NCBI RefSeq assembly: GCF_036321535.1
Contig: NC_087436.1
Location: forward strand, 61,072,001 to 61,136,000
DNA from: Camelus dromedarius
Lineage: Eukaryota
Length of the DNA: 64,000 bases
Reading direction: 5' to 3'
The notes under the pieces were generated by a model. It saw only the letters and a program-made list of their open reading frames with translations, made no database searches and had not been told where the DNA came from. Position 1 is the stretch's first letter. The number at the start of each line of letters is the position of its first letter. The position numbers and the translations under genes are program-made. Positions 51,552 to 63,295 of this stretch are shown piece by piece.

Positions 51552-51920
51552 TATATTAGTTCAGGCTGCTATAACAAGATACCACAGATTGGGTGGCTTT
51601 AACAGTGGAAATTTATTTTGCACAGCTCTGGAAGCTGGGAGAACCAAGATCAGGATGCCAGCAGATTTGGTGTCTGGTGAAGACCCTCTTCCTCATTTTC
51701 CGATAGTTATCTTCTCATTGTATCCTCACGTGATGAAGACAGTGAGCCCTAGTCTCTTTCTTTTTTTATAAGGACACTAATCTCATCCTGGTAGCTCTAC
51801 TTTCTTGACCTTATACAAACCTAATTACCTCTCCAAACCCCCTACCTCCTAATACTATTACATTGAGGATTAAGGTTTTGACAGACATTATTTGGAGACA
51901 TAAATGTGCAGTCCATAACA
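51552..51920 (-). mobile_element. MaLR LTR MLT1A-like, inside a MIR
   Basis: gctgctataacaagataccacagattgggtggc...cagtccataaca. Confidence 0.88.
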
Positions 51921-51955
51921 CATATATGTCATTTAATCTCAAAACAGCCCTACAA

Positions 51956-52115
51956 TATAAGATCTTGTGGTCACTCACAGTGAAAAAAAAAGTGATAATT
52001 AATATATGTATGTTCATGTATAACTGAAAAATTGTGCTCTACGCTGGAATTTGACACAACATTATAAAATGACTATAACTCAATAAAAAATGTTTTTTTT
52101 TTTAAAAAAAAAAAA
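51956..52115 (+). mobile_element. Young lineage-specific L1 3' end with A-tail
   Basis: Same family as 40257-40504; degenerate TSD aaaacagccctacaa / aaaaccagctctacaa. Confidence 0.85.
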
Positions 52116-55100
52116 CAAAACCAGCTCTACAAAGTGGGTATCATTACCTATAGATGAAAATACCAGCCAGGTTTAAATGACTTGCTGAGGTTACCCAGCT
52201 GAGTCGCATACTCAGGTCTGACTGACTCCAGGGCCTATGTTCCCAATTAGGGTGCTACGTGCTGGGGACTTGACTTTCTAGTCTTTCAGAGTTAAACCTC
52301 TTCAGTGGTCCTTGCAGATGTACCATCTTGGACATGTGTTCTTAAAGGGCCATTGGCACTTACAGTTTTTGTATACTTCCTAGGGACTGGTGGTAATGAC
52401 TCAGGCTTCCTGGGAACTCAATTTTCATGCACCTAATTTGGCTATTGATCTGGTCCCAGACCTCCTGGTTTGTGTTTGTGGATGTGTGCATATCTGTGTG
52501 AGTGTGTGAGTGTGTATGTGTGCATGTGTGTGTGCTCTGTGGTTTGGAGTGTCAATTACTGATGATCAGAGTTTCCCTCATCTTTTTTTTTTTTTTTTTT
52601 TTTTTTAGGGAGACTTCTTAGTGTTTCTTTTATTCGAAGGTATAGTTGAGTATGGCAGTTTTCTGAGAGATCCTTTTCTCTTAATTCAGCAAAGACAAGT
52701 GGAATATTTTAGAAGAAAACAAAGGCAAAAGCAATCAACACCAACCCCCAAACACCTATATACATGCACTCAAAAATATATGCAACATAGATGGAGATGC
52801 ATTTTCAGAGCACAGATTGATTATCTAAAGCAAGGTAGACTAATAGTTTCTTGATGGCATTGCCAAGACTTACTTCTGAGCCTTTAATTCTGCATATGAG
52901 CCCATGATTATTCTTATTGTGGTTAGGCTCTCCTTCATCTATACAGGCACTCAAGCAAGTCTTTCCTGAATGTAGAAGGCTTTTCTCTGTGGTTTCACAG
53001 TTCCTGCCTGGAATACAGGCTATATGATGCTCTGATCTCACCTTCCCTTGTTCTCATACCCTCCATTTGCAGCTTTCAGTGTCATTTACCTTCTTTGGGG
53101 GTTAGGGCAGTGGCTGGGCTTGCTCTCTTTTAAGTTTCTGAAGCTTCTATGGTTGAAAGATCCTTTCTGGAAGTCTCTTCACTCTGGTTGAGCTTCTTGT
53201 CAGGGGGAAAAAAAAGCCTACTTTTCTTCCAGTTTCAAAACTTTGCAACACCTGTTGGATTTCTTACTATGTTTCTACTTCAGTCCTAAGGGATATCTCC
53301 CTGCTCATTTGCAGGGATGGGATTTGGGAATTTACCTAACCAAAAGAACTGGGTAACAGAAAAATACCTTATACACAGAGTGGCAATAATAAGCATACGA
53401 GAGAAGGAATATTGATTTTCTGTATGCCGTTCTCATATTACTATAAGACATAAAATAGGAACTGAATAATAATAATAATGAGCTTTTTGGAAAGTATACA
53501 TTTTTCCCCTTAGGCTGCCCCCTCATTCTAAGCCTCAGTCTCACATTCTTGGAAATCTCATAATGATGAATACCAGTTATGATGTTTTGGATTGCAATTA
53601 ACAGAGATCACCTCTGATTGTAAAGCAAGGAAGAGACATATAGAAAGCATAGTGGAGGTCATGTTTGGAAATTGAACGTGACCTTGAGAGTTAAGAAATA
53701 AGGAAATCTGGCTATGTTCCTGTTGTGGTTACACTTCTGTTATAAGTACATTTAACCAACCCTTTATCTTTGCCTCACTTGCACAAAGTTAGGAGGTGAG
53801 TGAGAACATCTGACAGGCTGAGCCTTGACTGTGTGCCCACATTGCCTACAGGGGATGGGGAGAGGAAAGATCTAGTCTCTAAAGCTTCCTCTGTGCGAGC
53901 TTCTGGGAACCCTCTAAGAGTATGCTTAAGGAGGTAGGAGGTAGGTATTCCCCAAAACCAGGAAGGGGACAGGTTAAATGCTATACTGCCATCAAAAAAA
54001 AAAAAAAAAAAAAAAAAAATAAAGACACGGAAGACAAAGACCATAATGGGAGAAAAAAAAATCCGATAGCTAGTGCAATGTATTTTCTCAGTACTGTTTT
54101 TTAAAAAAATCTCACTTAGTATTCTTAACACTGTTCTCAATTTCTATAGCCCTCCTTTTTGTCCTCTTTCTTAAACACATACTTTTTAGGTTAGCAATTG
54201 CCTTAACACTGTTAACATTTTATACTGAGACCATACAGTGCTGCTAAAGTGTACAGTCAGAATTGGATTCAGAAGATTGATGTCCTCTTCAGGCTGCAGA
54301 CCATCTGATTACTGGATCTCCTTTGGGCAATGAAGCTGCCTCCTTTTTCTCCTCTCTCGACCGTCAAGCTTGCACCACAGTAATAATATTTAATAAGAGC
54401 TGCAGTAAAATGATGTCATTGCTTCTCTGATGGTCAGAGTGGAACGCAGCTCCAAATAAAACAGGAGTGATAGTCGTACAGATAATACAGTTGTTTTAGT
54501 TCTTTCACCTTGGGAAAGGATGAGGCAGCCTGAATGTTGATTGATGCTTGTCTCTTATAGCTTACTGGAATACTACATTAGGTGTTTGGGTGAAATTGTG
54601 AGGTGCACTTGATCATGTATTAAACATTTGCAAGCTATTTGCTGCTGTAGATTCTGACTGGATCTTGAAAAACAGCCTTGCTAGTTCAGGATAAAGGAAA
54701 TAAAGCCTTTGTGTTTTTGCCAGCTCTGCCTGAATCAGGTGACTTTTTATGAGGATATCCAAGCACTTTGCCACATTCATCTGTCTTTTTCTCAAGTCAT
54801 CCAACAATAAGTGAAGAATAATATGAAGATACAGGGGAACTTGTTTAAAAAAAACCTCTACATATAGAAATCAAAATTTACAAAACAGAAAAATTGTGGG
54901 GAGGTTATTTTTTTCGTTTTGGTTTTACAAAAGGATTCACATCAGGATTTCTTTAAATTGCAAAGTCCCTTGCTGGATTAAGAATATGACTGAATCACTC
55001 AGAAATACATCTATTATGAAAACTAGCCATATGTCATCTAATTTTATAACTGAACAGCTGGAAATAATTCAGAAAAAAGTCATAGAAACTTAGTGTAGCT

Positions 55101-55783
55101 CTAGGAAGAGGATGTAGGATACTTGATTTTCATTCCCTTACTCTCCTAGACAGAGAAGAGCTTCCATGGAAATAAAAACTGGGCCACTTCTTTCCACACA
55201 CCTAGAAGATTCCTGCATTAAGTCATGACGTAATCATAAGATCATTCTACTATTGACAGTGACATTTTCAAACTATGTTGTGAATAACATATTACATTGA
55301 TGGTCTGAATTTTCTGCTTTGGAAAAAAGAATTTTACCGAGGTTGATTTCTAAAAATAAAATGCATTTCAAGAAAATATTATCTTTGGATTCCCTAATGT
55401 GTAATTAAAGGGAAGACATTTCACTGTAGCCTTTTTGGATCTTAGTTTCCTCACCTGAAAAATACATTTAAAAAAATTGGGATATAATCAACACATAATG
55501 TTAAACGAGTTTTAGGTGTACAACATAATAATTTGTTATTTGTATATATTGCAAAATGACCACCACAGAAAGTCTAGTTAACATCCAAAATGACAGTCTT
55601 GAACTAGATAATCTCTGGGGACTTTCATAGTTTCCAAATTTGCTACTTACTTCTTTATAGGAGTGACATAAATCCTATGTTTCTGAGATTCTATTCCCTT
55701 TCCTTTGCTTAATTCAAATCCTACATTAAATCACTGATTGATCTATTCTATGCTTTATCTTCTCATCTAATAAATATACTTTT

Positions 55784-56094
55784 TAATTGAAGTATAGTCA
55801 GTTTACAACATTGTGTCAATTTCTGGTGTACAGCAAAATGTTTCAGTCATACAATACATATATATATTCATTTTCATATTCTTTTTCATTATAGGTTACT
55901 ATAAGATATTGAATATAGTTCCCTATGGGTATACAGTATAAATTTGTTGTTTCTATTTTATATATAGTAGTTTGTATCTGCAAATCTCAAATTCCCAATT
56001 TATCCCTTCCCACCTCCTTTCTCTTCTGGTAACCATGTTTGTTTTCTATGTCTATGAGTCTGTTTCTGTTTTGTAAATAAGTTCATTTGTGTCT
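55784..56094 (-). mobile_element. L1 3' end (artiodactyl/camelid type)
   Basis: ttgaagtatagtcagtttacaacattgtgtcaatttctggtgtacagc; 16-bp TSD taataaatatactttt at 55768-55783 and 56095-56110. Confidence 0.9.
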
Positions 56095-56509
56095 TAATAA
56101 ATATACTTTTAACTTAGTGTTTTAAAGCCTGTGTCCAGACTCATAGCTAGTTAGAGGTCTGAAAAACAGTGCAAAAGAATGTTGGGTGTACCTAGATTCA
56201 TTTTTTATTTTAATGAGGAACAAAATCTTAGATTGTTACACAGTGGGCATGCAAAAAGAATAAAAGTGTAAGGAATGAGAACTCATAGAGCCAATGAGTA
56301 GAGCCTGGTGAAGGTCTTGAAGCACCTGTGGTGGTTCATCATTATCCTGAATGAGCCGTGGGTCTGGTGGGTTACAGTAAGATCACCTCATTAAAAGGGA
56401 TAATGAAACAAGGACATGGAAGAAACAGCCCTGAGAATACTGTTGCTCATGAAAGCCATGTGATGGTTGACTCTGAATACTGAAAATATTTTTTAGCCAA
56501 GTAAAGATG

Positions 56510-57287
56510 AATATAGGACTTTCCACATTGTCTTGAGCAATGACTTCTGACACTAACTACCCAGTGTCAGACTTAGGACAAACCTCACAGGTTAAGGGCA
56601 CAGTCCCACACAAGACTTTCCTACTTCAGACACCAACCACAGACTTGGGGGTTCCCAGGCCGTGCTCACTTATGATCAACTGGCTACAAATTTGGGGGTT
56701 CCCACTAATTTGGGATAATTTGCTAGAATGACTCACAGAACTTGGGCAAGTGCTCTACTTATGACTACCATTTTATTATAGCAAAGAGGATAAAAATCAG
56801 AACCAGCCAGCAGAGATGCATAGCATGAGCTATTCTCTTCCCCTTGAGTCAGGATGCATCATTCTCCCAGACTCATCAGTGTGTAACAATACACATAGAG
56901 TGCTGCAACTACAAAAGCTCATCCCAGCTTCTGTGTCTGGGGTTTTTATTGGTGCTTCATTTTGTTGGCATGATTCATTGAATTACTGGCCAAAAGGTTG
57001 AACTCAATCTCCAGCCCTCTTCCCCAGAGGTGGGGTTGATATCAGGTGGCTCAAAGCTCCAATCCTCTAATCACATGGTCAGTCTTTTCTGGTGTGGCAA
57101 GCCCCTATCCTGAGATACATCCTTAGCTTAAACAATGGCGGGCCCACCTTGAATGATCTTATAGGCATAAACTGTCAGGGTCCACTAAGAATAATAAAGA
57201 CACTCCTATTACAATGGAAATTCCCAAGGATTTAAGGCTTCCTCCCAGGAAGTCAAGACAAACACTACCCACATTATTATATAACAC
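56510..57287. mobile_element. MER21-like LTR
   Basis: cttctgacactaactaccc...caggttaagggcacagtccc...gataatttgctagaatgactcacagaact. Confidence 0.85.
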
Positions 57288-57574
57288 CTTGCCTTTGCTT
57301 TTGCCTTTGCCTATTCTGTAAGGAGTACAAATTGCTAGTTCTATCTTTATTTGACAGGGACCTCATGGCTGGATTGAGGTCATTAATTGGGTTAGAGACC
57401 AGGTAAAGTGGTTAATAGCATGACTGTTTTGGGTTGTTGCCCCCTTCGATTTTGGCACAAGTTGGACTGGCCCTATTGGAGCCTCTGCCCTGGGCCTCCA
57501 GCAGGCCTGAGACTTATGGTGGGACAATCACAGTTCTCTGTCTGAACCAGGCCTCAAGTGGTCTGCCCTGTCTG

Positions 57575-57669
57575 TTTTTGTTTTTTCTTAAACGGAGATT
57601 CTGGGGATTGAACCCAGGACCTCGTCCATGCTAAGCACACGCTCAACCACTGAGCTCTACCCCACCCCC
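57575..57669 (-). mobile_element. tRNA-Ala(AGC)-derived SINE (camelid Vic-1-like)
   Basis: Minus: GGGGGTGGGGTAGAGCTCAGTGGTTGAGCGTGTGCTTAGCATGGACGAGGTCCTGGGTTCAATCCCCAGAATCTCCG plus A-rich tail. Confidence 0.85.
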
Positions 57670-57799
57670 GTGGGCAAGAGGATGGCTGGTCTCCCACACC
57701 CAAACTAGCCCTTGGGGTCCTCCGCCATAGCACTGCGACCGACTGGGTGGAGGGGGATGGCAGGGGGCAGAGTGGGGCAGTGTCCATAAGGATCAGGGT

Positions 57800-58500
57800 T
57801 TGTCTGAGAGGCAGAATGAGCCAGACACCTTAACGACACGTCTAGGACAAGGCGCCTCTGGTACCTGGGTGTTTCTCCTCTCGGGACTCTCCCGCCCGCC
57901 CCTGCGAACCCCGAAATCTCGCGAGATCGGGCTTCCTGTGGGAAGAGGCGGCGGCAGTGTCTTGGCCTGGATTCCGCCATTTGTCCAGCCTCCCTGGACG
58001 TTTACCGCAACCGAGGCCTCCTCTTTCTGCCCTGCTGTCTGGACTCAGCCTTACTTTCCCTATCCTCTCCCATTCATAGCCACAGAGTGCACCCTGAAGG
58101 CTCCAGCGTGCCTTGCTTCCTTTATGGGGAACCCCACATTTCACCTGCCCCGACCAGGCTGCGCGAGCGTCTCCCGCGGTGTTCAGGAGAAGAGAACGTT
58201 CCCGGATTGAGGGGCTCGGTGGAGAAAGCAGGTGCTCCGTCATAGACTGCCAGCACTGGGGCTGGGGCAGAAAGAGACAGGAATGCCCTGAGGCCGTTCT
58301 TCAGTGGAGCCGCTCCAGGTAAGGGTAGTGACGGTCTCCTGAGAAGACTTCTGGGTCCCTGGCTGCCGCCAACCCCTGTCAGGGGGACAGCTGACCCCTG
58401 GAACAACGAGACAGTGTGTTTTTAGTTGCTGTGGCCGTGGACCTTGGCAGACATAGGATTGGCGCACCAGGAGCCTGTGTGAGCCGCTGCCGAAACCCCT
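57800..58500 (+). promoter_or_regulatory. CpG-island promoter and probable non-coding first exon of an unidentified gene
   Basis: GC boxes 57891-57902; TCTCGCGAGA 57917-57926 (BANP/ZBTB33 motif); ETS CTTCCTG 57932-57938; YY1 CCGCCATTT 57974-57982; donor CAG|GTAAGG at 58318/58319. Confidence 0.8.
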
Positions 58501-59768
58501 AAGGAAAAAAAAAAAGGAGCTTAGGCTGGTTGGTTTTATCCTGGTTCCACCACTGCCAACTTGAAGATCTTGGGCAAGTTATTTAACTTTTCTAAGCTTC
58601 ACTTTCCTCATCAGTAAAATGGTAGCTTACCGTGAGGAAGTAAATTAATGCTTGTAATATGCGTAGCATAGTGCTGGGCACATAGTAGAAGCTCAGGGTT
58701 TGCCATTAATGATTACTTTTGGATTTTTGAATAGCCATTGAATATTACTAAATCTTTTTTTTAAGGTAGCATACCCTAAATATTGCCAGGTCAGTGGTTT
58801 TAACAGACTTTTAGAGGTCTATCCCTTCGTTAAAAGGAAACCCTTCACAAAATCCTAATCTGTAAAGCAGATTAAATCTATGCAAGGCTGAGTTCCTCTA
58901 GTTGAAGAGGGTCTGGCTCATCTAGCCCCTCTTCTATCTCTGGGTATTGAGTCATGTTCAAAGTGCGCTTGAGAACTGGTCAACAGCACTGCCAGTCTGG
59001 CTTCCTTCCATCCGCCTCCCACTTAGCTCCTACATCAGAGGCACCTCTGTACAGTGTCAAAGTCAGGCTGTAATTTTCTTATTTCAGTTTCTCCATGAGT
59101 GAAATGGAGAGGATAATGCCAGCTTTGTTGTGACAGTGAATTAGATAATGTCTGCAAACTAGTTTGAGTTTTTGGAGATCAGCTTTAGGGACAAAGACCC
59201 TTGCTATCTCTTAATTTCTAGCTTGCTTCTTAAATATGGTATTCCAAACACACTACTTAAAAATGGGTCAAACCCTTATTCTGTGTAATCTTAGGATAGG
59301 ATGGAAGTAGTGATTGTCATAAAAAAAAAAGTGCTCTGCTTAATAGAGAAGAGAGATTTTGAATTAGAGTTACTTAGAAAGTCCATTGGGTGACCAGGAG
59401 AGAGAGGACACGTGGCAGCATTTTCACAGAGCTGGCTATGAAGCTGAGTTATAATCTGTCATTCTGGTCTTTCTTGAAATTTAATGTCCTTTACTGAAGT
59501 CTGAGACAGACTCTTACTATGGGCTTCTGCTTCTAGTATGATTAGTTTCACAGCTGAGTTTGCACTGCATACTTGAGTTTGGTCCTGTTTCCATCACATT
59601 ATCAGAGGAAAGTCTGTAGCTTTTTTGAACATTGGAGGAATGGAAGTGATAACACTTATCTCAAAGGTTTGTTACAAAGATTATGAGATAATACATGGAA
59701 AGCACAATGCCTAATAACATAGTAAATGATAACTAGATAGCTGTTTTAAATACCATGAGTATTATTAA

Positions 59769-61449
59769 AATTTTAAAAATCAAGGTATAATTGACATAAC
59801 ATATTAGTTTCAGGTATACAAAATAATGATTCTATATGTATTGCAAAATGATCACCACAATAAGTCGAGTTAACATCCATTGCCATATATAGTTACAATT
59901 TTTTTTGTGATGAGAACTTTTAAGATCCTCTATGCTAACTACTTTCAAATATGCAATATAGTATTATTAACTGTAGTCACCATACTGTACACTACATTCC
60001 CATGACTTACTCATTTCATAAGTGGAAATTGTACTTTTTGACTCCTTCACCAACTTCACCCTCTTTCCCCTCCCTTCCTCCCCCTATACCCTCCTTTCCC
60101 TGTGTCAGGCAACCACCAATCTGAGCTTTTTTTTTTTTTTTATTCCACATATGAGTTAGATTATATGGTATTTATCTTTTTTTATTGGACTTATTTTACT
60201 TAGCATAATACTATGCAGATCCATCCATGTTGTTACAAATGGCAAGATTTCCTTCTTTTTAACAGCTGAGTAATATTCCATTTAACCCCCCCACATCTAT
60301 CAGTGTATCTATATATACACCCCTCCACATATATGCCATATATACATATATACACACATATGTATGTATACACATATATATGCCACATCTTTATTAATTC
60401 ATCCATCAGTGGATATTTCAATTTTCCATGTCTTGGCTACTGTAAATAATGCTGCAGTGACATTTGTAAATGATGCTGCATATATCTTTTCAAATTAGTG
60501 TTTTCATTTTCTTTGGTTTAATACCCAGAAGTGAAGTCCCTGGTCATATGGTAGTTATATTTGGAATTCTTTGAGGAAACTCCACACTGTTTTTCCATAG
60601 TGGTTGCATTAGTTTGTATTGCCACCAACAGTGCAAAAAGGTTCCCTTTTAGCCACATTTTCATCAGCATTTGTTATTGCTTGTCTTTTTGGTAATAGCC
60701 ATTCTAACAAGTATGAAGTGATTTCTCATTGTGCTTTGGATTTGCACTTTCCTGATGATTAGTGATATTGAGCATCTTTCCATGTACCTGTTGCCCTTCT
60801 GTATGTCTTCTTTGGAAACATGTCTATTCAGATTCCTTGCCTATTTTTAAATTAGATTATTTGGTTTTTTTGGGGTATTGAGTTGTATGAGTTCTTTATG
60901 TATTTTGGATACTAATCTCTTATTAGATAAATGATTTGCAAATATTTCCTGCCATTCAGTAAATTGCCTTTTCACTTTGTTACAGTTTTTGCTGTGCACA
61001 GGCTTTTAGTTTGATGTAGTCTCACCTGTACATTTTTGCTTTTGTTGCCTTTGTTTCTGGTTGAGATGCAGAAAGTCATCTTCAAAATTGATGTCAAGGA
61101 GCTTATTGCCTGTTTTCTTATAAGAGTTTTATGGTTTCAGGTCTTACATTCAAACCTTTAATCCATTTTGAGTTAATTTTTTTTATGGTGTAAGATAGTG
61201 GTCTAGTTTCATTCTTTTGCATGTGGCTGTCCAGTGTTCCCAATTCTATTTACTTAAGAGACTATCCTTCCCTCACTGTATGTTCTTGGTCCCTTTGTCA
61301 TAAGTTAATTGACCATATATACATATGAGTTTATTTCTGGGCTCTCTATTCAGTTCCATTGAGCTATATGTCTGATTTTATGGCAATACAATACTGTTTT
61401 GATTACTTTAGCTTTGTAATATAGTTTGAAATCAGAGAATGTGCTGCCT
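59769..61449 (-). mobile_element. 5'-truncated L1 (3' UTR plus end of ORF2)
   Basis: Continuous antisense L1; TSD agtattattaa at 59758-59768 and 61450-61460. Confidence 0.93.
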
Positions 61450-61674
61450 AGTATTATTAATTATAAGTTTGTCATCATGGATGCTAAATATCTGCCCATC
61501 TATATCTATGACCCTGATCTAAAATTCCAAGTTCTAAAATCATCAAAATGTTAGAACTTGAGGTGTAATGCCCTTCCACAACTGGAAAACCTGAGCCTAG
61601 GAGAGATTTTGATTTTCTCAAAGATAATCTGGGAGTAGTTGTTATGTAAGTCTTCATTATCTGTGCTCTTGCAG

Positions 61675-61768
61675 TTATGAGCTTTCATGCAGGAAACAAA
61701 GCTCCTTATGCTCTCCATCAAAATGAAGCAACCACTTACAATATTTATCTCCATTCCAGTATCCTTAG
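61675..61768 (+). other. Candidate internal exon
   Basis: Acceptor tctgtgctcttgcag| and donor TAG|GTAATA; 94 nt. Confidence 0.3.
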
Positions 61769-62161
61769 GTAATATTAGCTTCTGTTTCTGCTCATCTTAT
61801 CAACATCTTTTTAAACTAGTTTCTTGTTGATTGCCTCAAGTTGTTAACTTCAGACAGTACAATAAAAAGAAAAGCAAAACTGATTGCGAAGTAAAATTGC
61901 AAAGCTTGTAAAGGATACAGGATTTCATGAAGGTGATGAAAATGATATTGGAGAACTGTTGAATTAGCAAATACTTATTGGGTATCTTCCATGTAGCAGG
62001 TAGTAGGTATTGGAGACTAGCCCTGAATAAGTCAGACAAAAATCCCAGCCTTCATGGATCTGACATGCCAGGCTTACACAGAACCAGTGACAAATGGATC
62101 TGGCACTTGAAGCAGTCAACAATCAGAATAGAAAATTAACAAAGAAGATGACATGATAGAT

Positions 62162-62696
62162 GCTTTGGTAATTTAAAAACATGGTCACAAATTTTTTGAC
62201 ACTTCTCTTATAAAAGGTAGAGCCTGATTCTTCTCATTTTGAGAATGGGCTGGCTTTGGAGATTTGCTTCTAAGGTATAGAATATGGCAGAAGTGATGCT
62301 ATGTAACTTCCCAGGCTAGGCCATTAAAAGTGATAAGGCTTCTGCCTTTCCTCTTGGCCCCCTGACATGCCATGTATAAAATCTAGCTATCTGAAGCTAC
62401 TATGCTGGAAAGATCATGTAGTGAGATCAGGGAGAGAGAGAAAGAAGCCTGAGGAGCCCTTGCTATTTTGGCCTCCAGTTGAGTCTTTCCATCCCAGGTG
62501 TCAGACATATAAATGAGTAGGCTGGCAAATAATCCCAGCCCTCAGACTTGGACTGTTTCAGCTGATAAGTGGAGAGTGACAAGCTGTCCCCACTGTACCC
62601 TGCTCAAATTGCCCCTTTGTGAGCAGGATAGGTGGTGTTATTTTAAGCCACTAAGTTTTGGCGGTAATTTGTCATGCAGCCATAATAAGTAGAACA
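62162..62696 (+). mobile_element. MaLR LTR MLT1G/H-like
   Basis: atggtcacaaattttttgacacttc...agaatatggcagaagtgatgct...aagccactaagttttg...gtagaaca. Confidence 0.85.
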
Positions 62697-62905
62697 ATAC
62701 CTCAAAAGAGAATGATACAAATATCAAAAGAAAATAGAGATCCATGACAGAACTGAAGAAACCTTTGAATATTTTGCAAAAATAGCCCTCTTTATGATCA
62801 TTCTGTAAAAGTCAAATGAGAAGTGATGGATCTTAAGTTGAGTTGTCGTTCAGTTCTTTTTGGGAAAAATAAATGGAACCCCCCCATATTAAGACTTAAT
62901 ATTTA

Positions 62906-62995
62906 GGGGATTGGAGGAATAGCTTAGTGGTAGAGCACATGCTTAGCATGCACGAGGTCCTGGTTTCAATCCTCAGCATCTCCATTAAAAAAAAA
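62906..62995 (+). mobile_element. tRNA-Ala(AGC)-derived SINE (camelid Vic-1-like)
   Basis: atagcttagtggtagagcacatgcttagcatgcacgaggtcctggtttcaatcctcagcatctcca plus poly-A; degenerate TSD aagac..aat.ttta. Confidence 0.85.
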
Positions 62996-63197
62996 GACAA
63001 TGTTTAAAGATGTTTAGAACCTACATTCTGTTAAATATAAGATATGATATAGATAGTCTCTTAATATATACTTTCATTTTTCTAAATAAAGTTTTAATCA
63101 AACCCTCCCGGCCCACCATGATTTACTCTTCAAATTTGTTCTCCATGGGAAGTGGAGTCATGTTAACTGACTTTTTCTCATTACCCTGTTTTCTTAG

Positions 63198-63295
63198 GAT
63201 GTCTTGTAGCAGTGACAGGAAAGGAAGTGGGATTGAGGAGGAGTTTGATTTATTATTATTGTTATTATGATTGTTATGATTGTGGCTTTCCTCTG
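63198..63295 (+). other. Candidate exon
   Basis: Branch-like CTGAC, long polypyrimidine tract tttttctcattaccctgttttcttag|; possible donor CTG|GTGAGC. Confidence 0.3.

Noticed and set aside
53563..53617. C/D-box snoRNA (ATGATGA...CTGA)
   Set aside because: Only 55 nt, weak terminal stem, and overlaps what looks like a MaLR LTR end
57594..57669. Functional tRNA-Ala gene (also 62906-62985)
   Set aside because: Disrupted acceptor stem, extra 5' G-rich leader and A-rich tail indicate SINE copies
57705..57980. Minus-strand ORF MAESRPRHC... as a first coding exon
   Set aside because: Runs through the promoter motifs and resembles no protein I know; ATGGCGG is explained as a YY1 site
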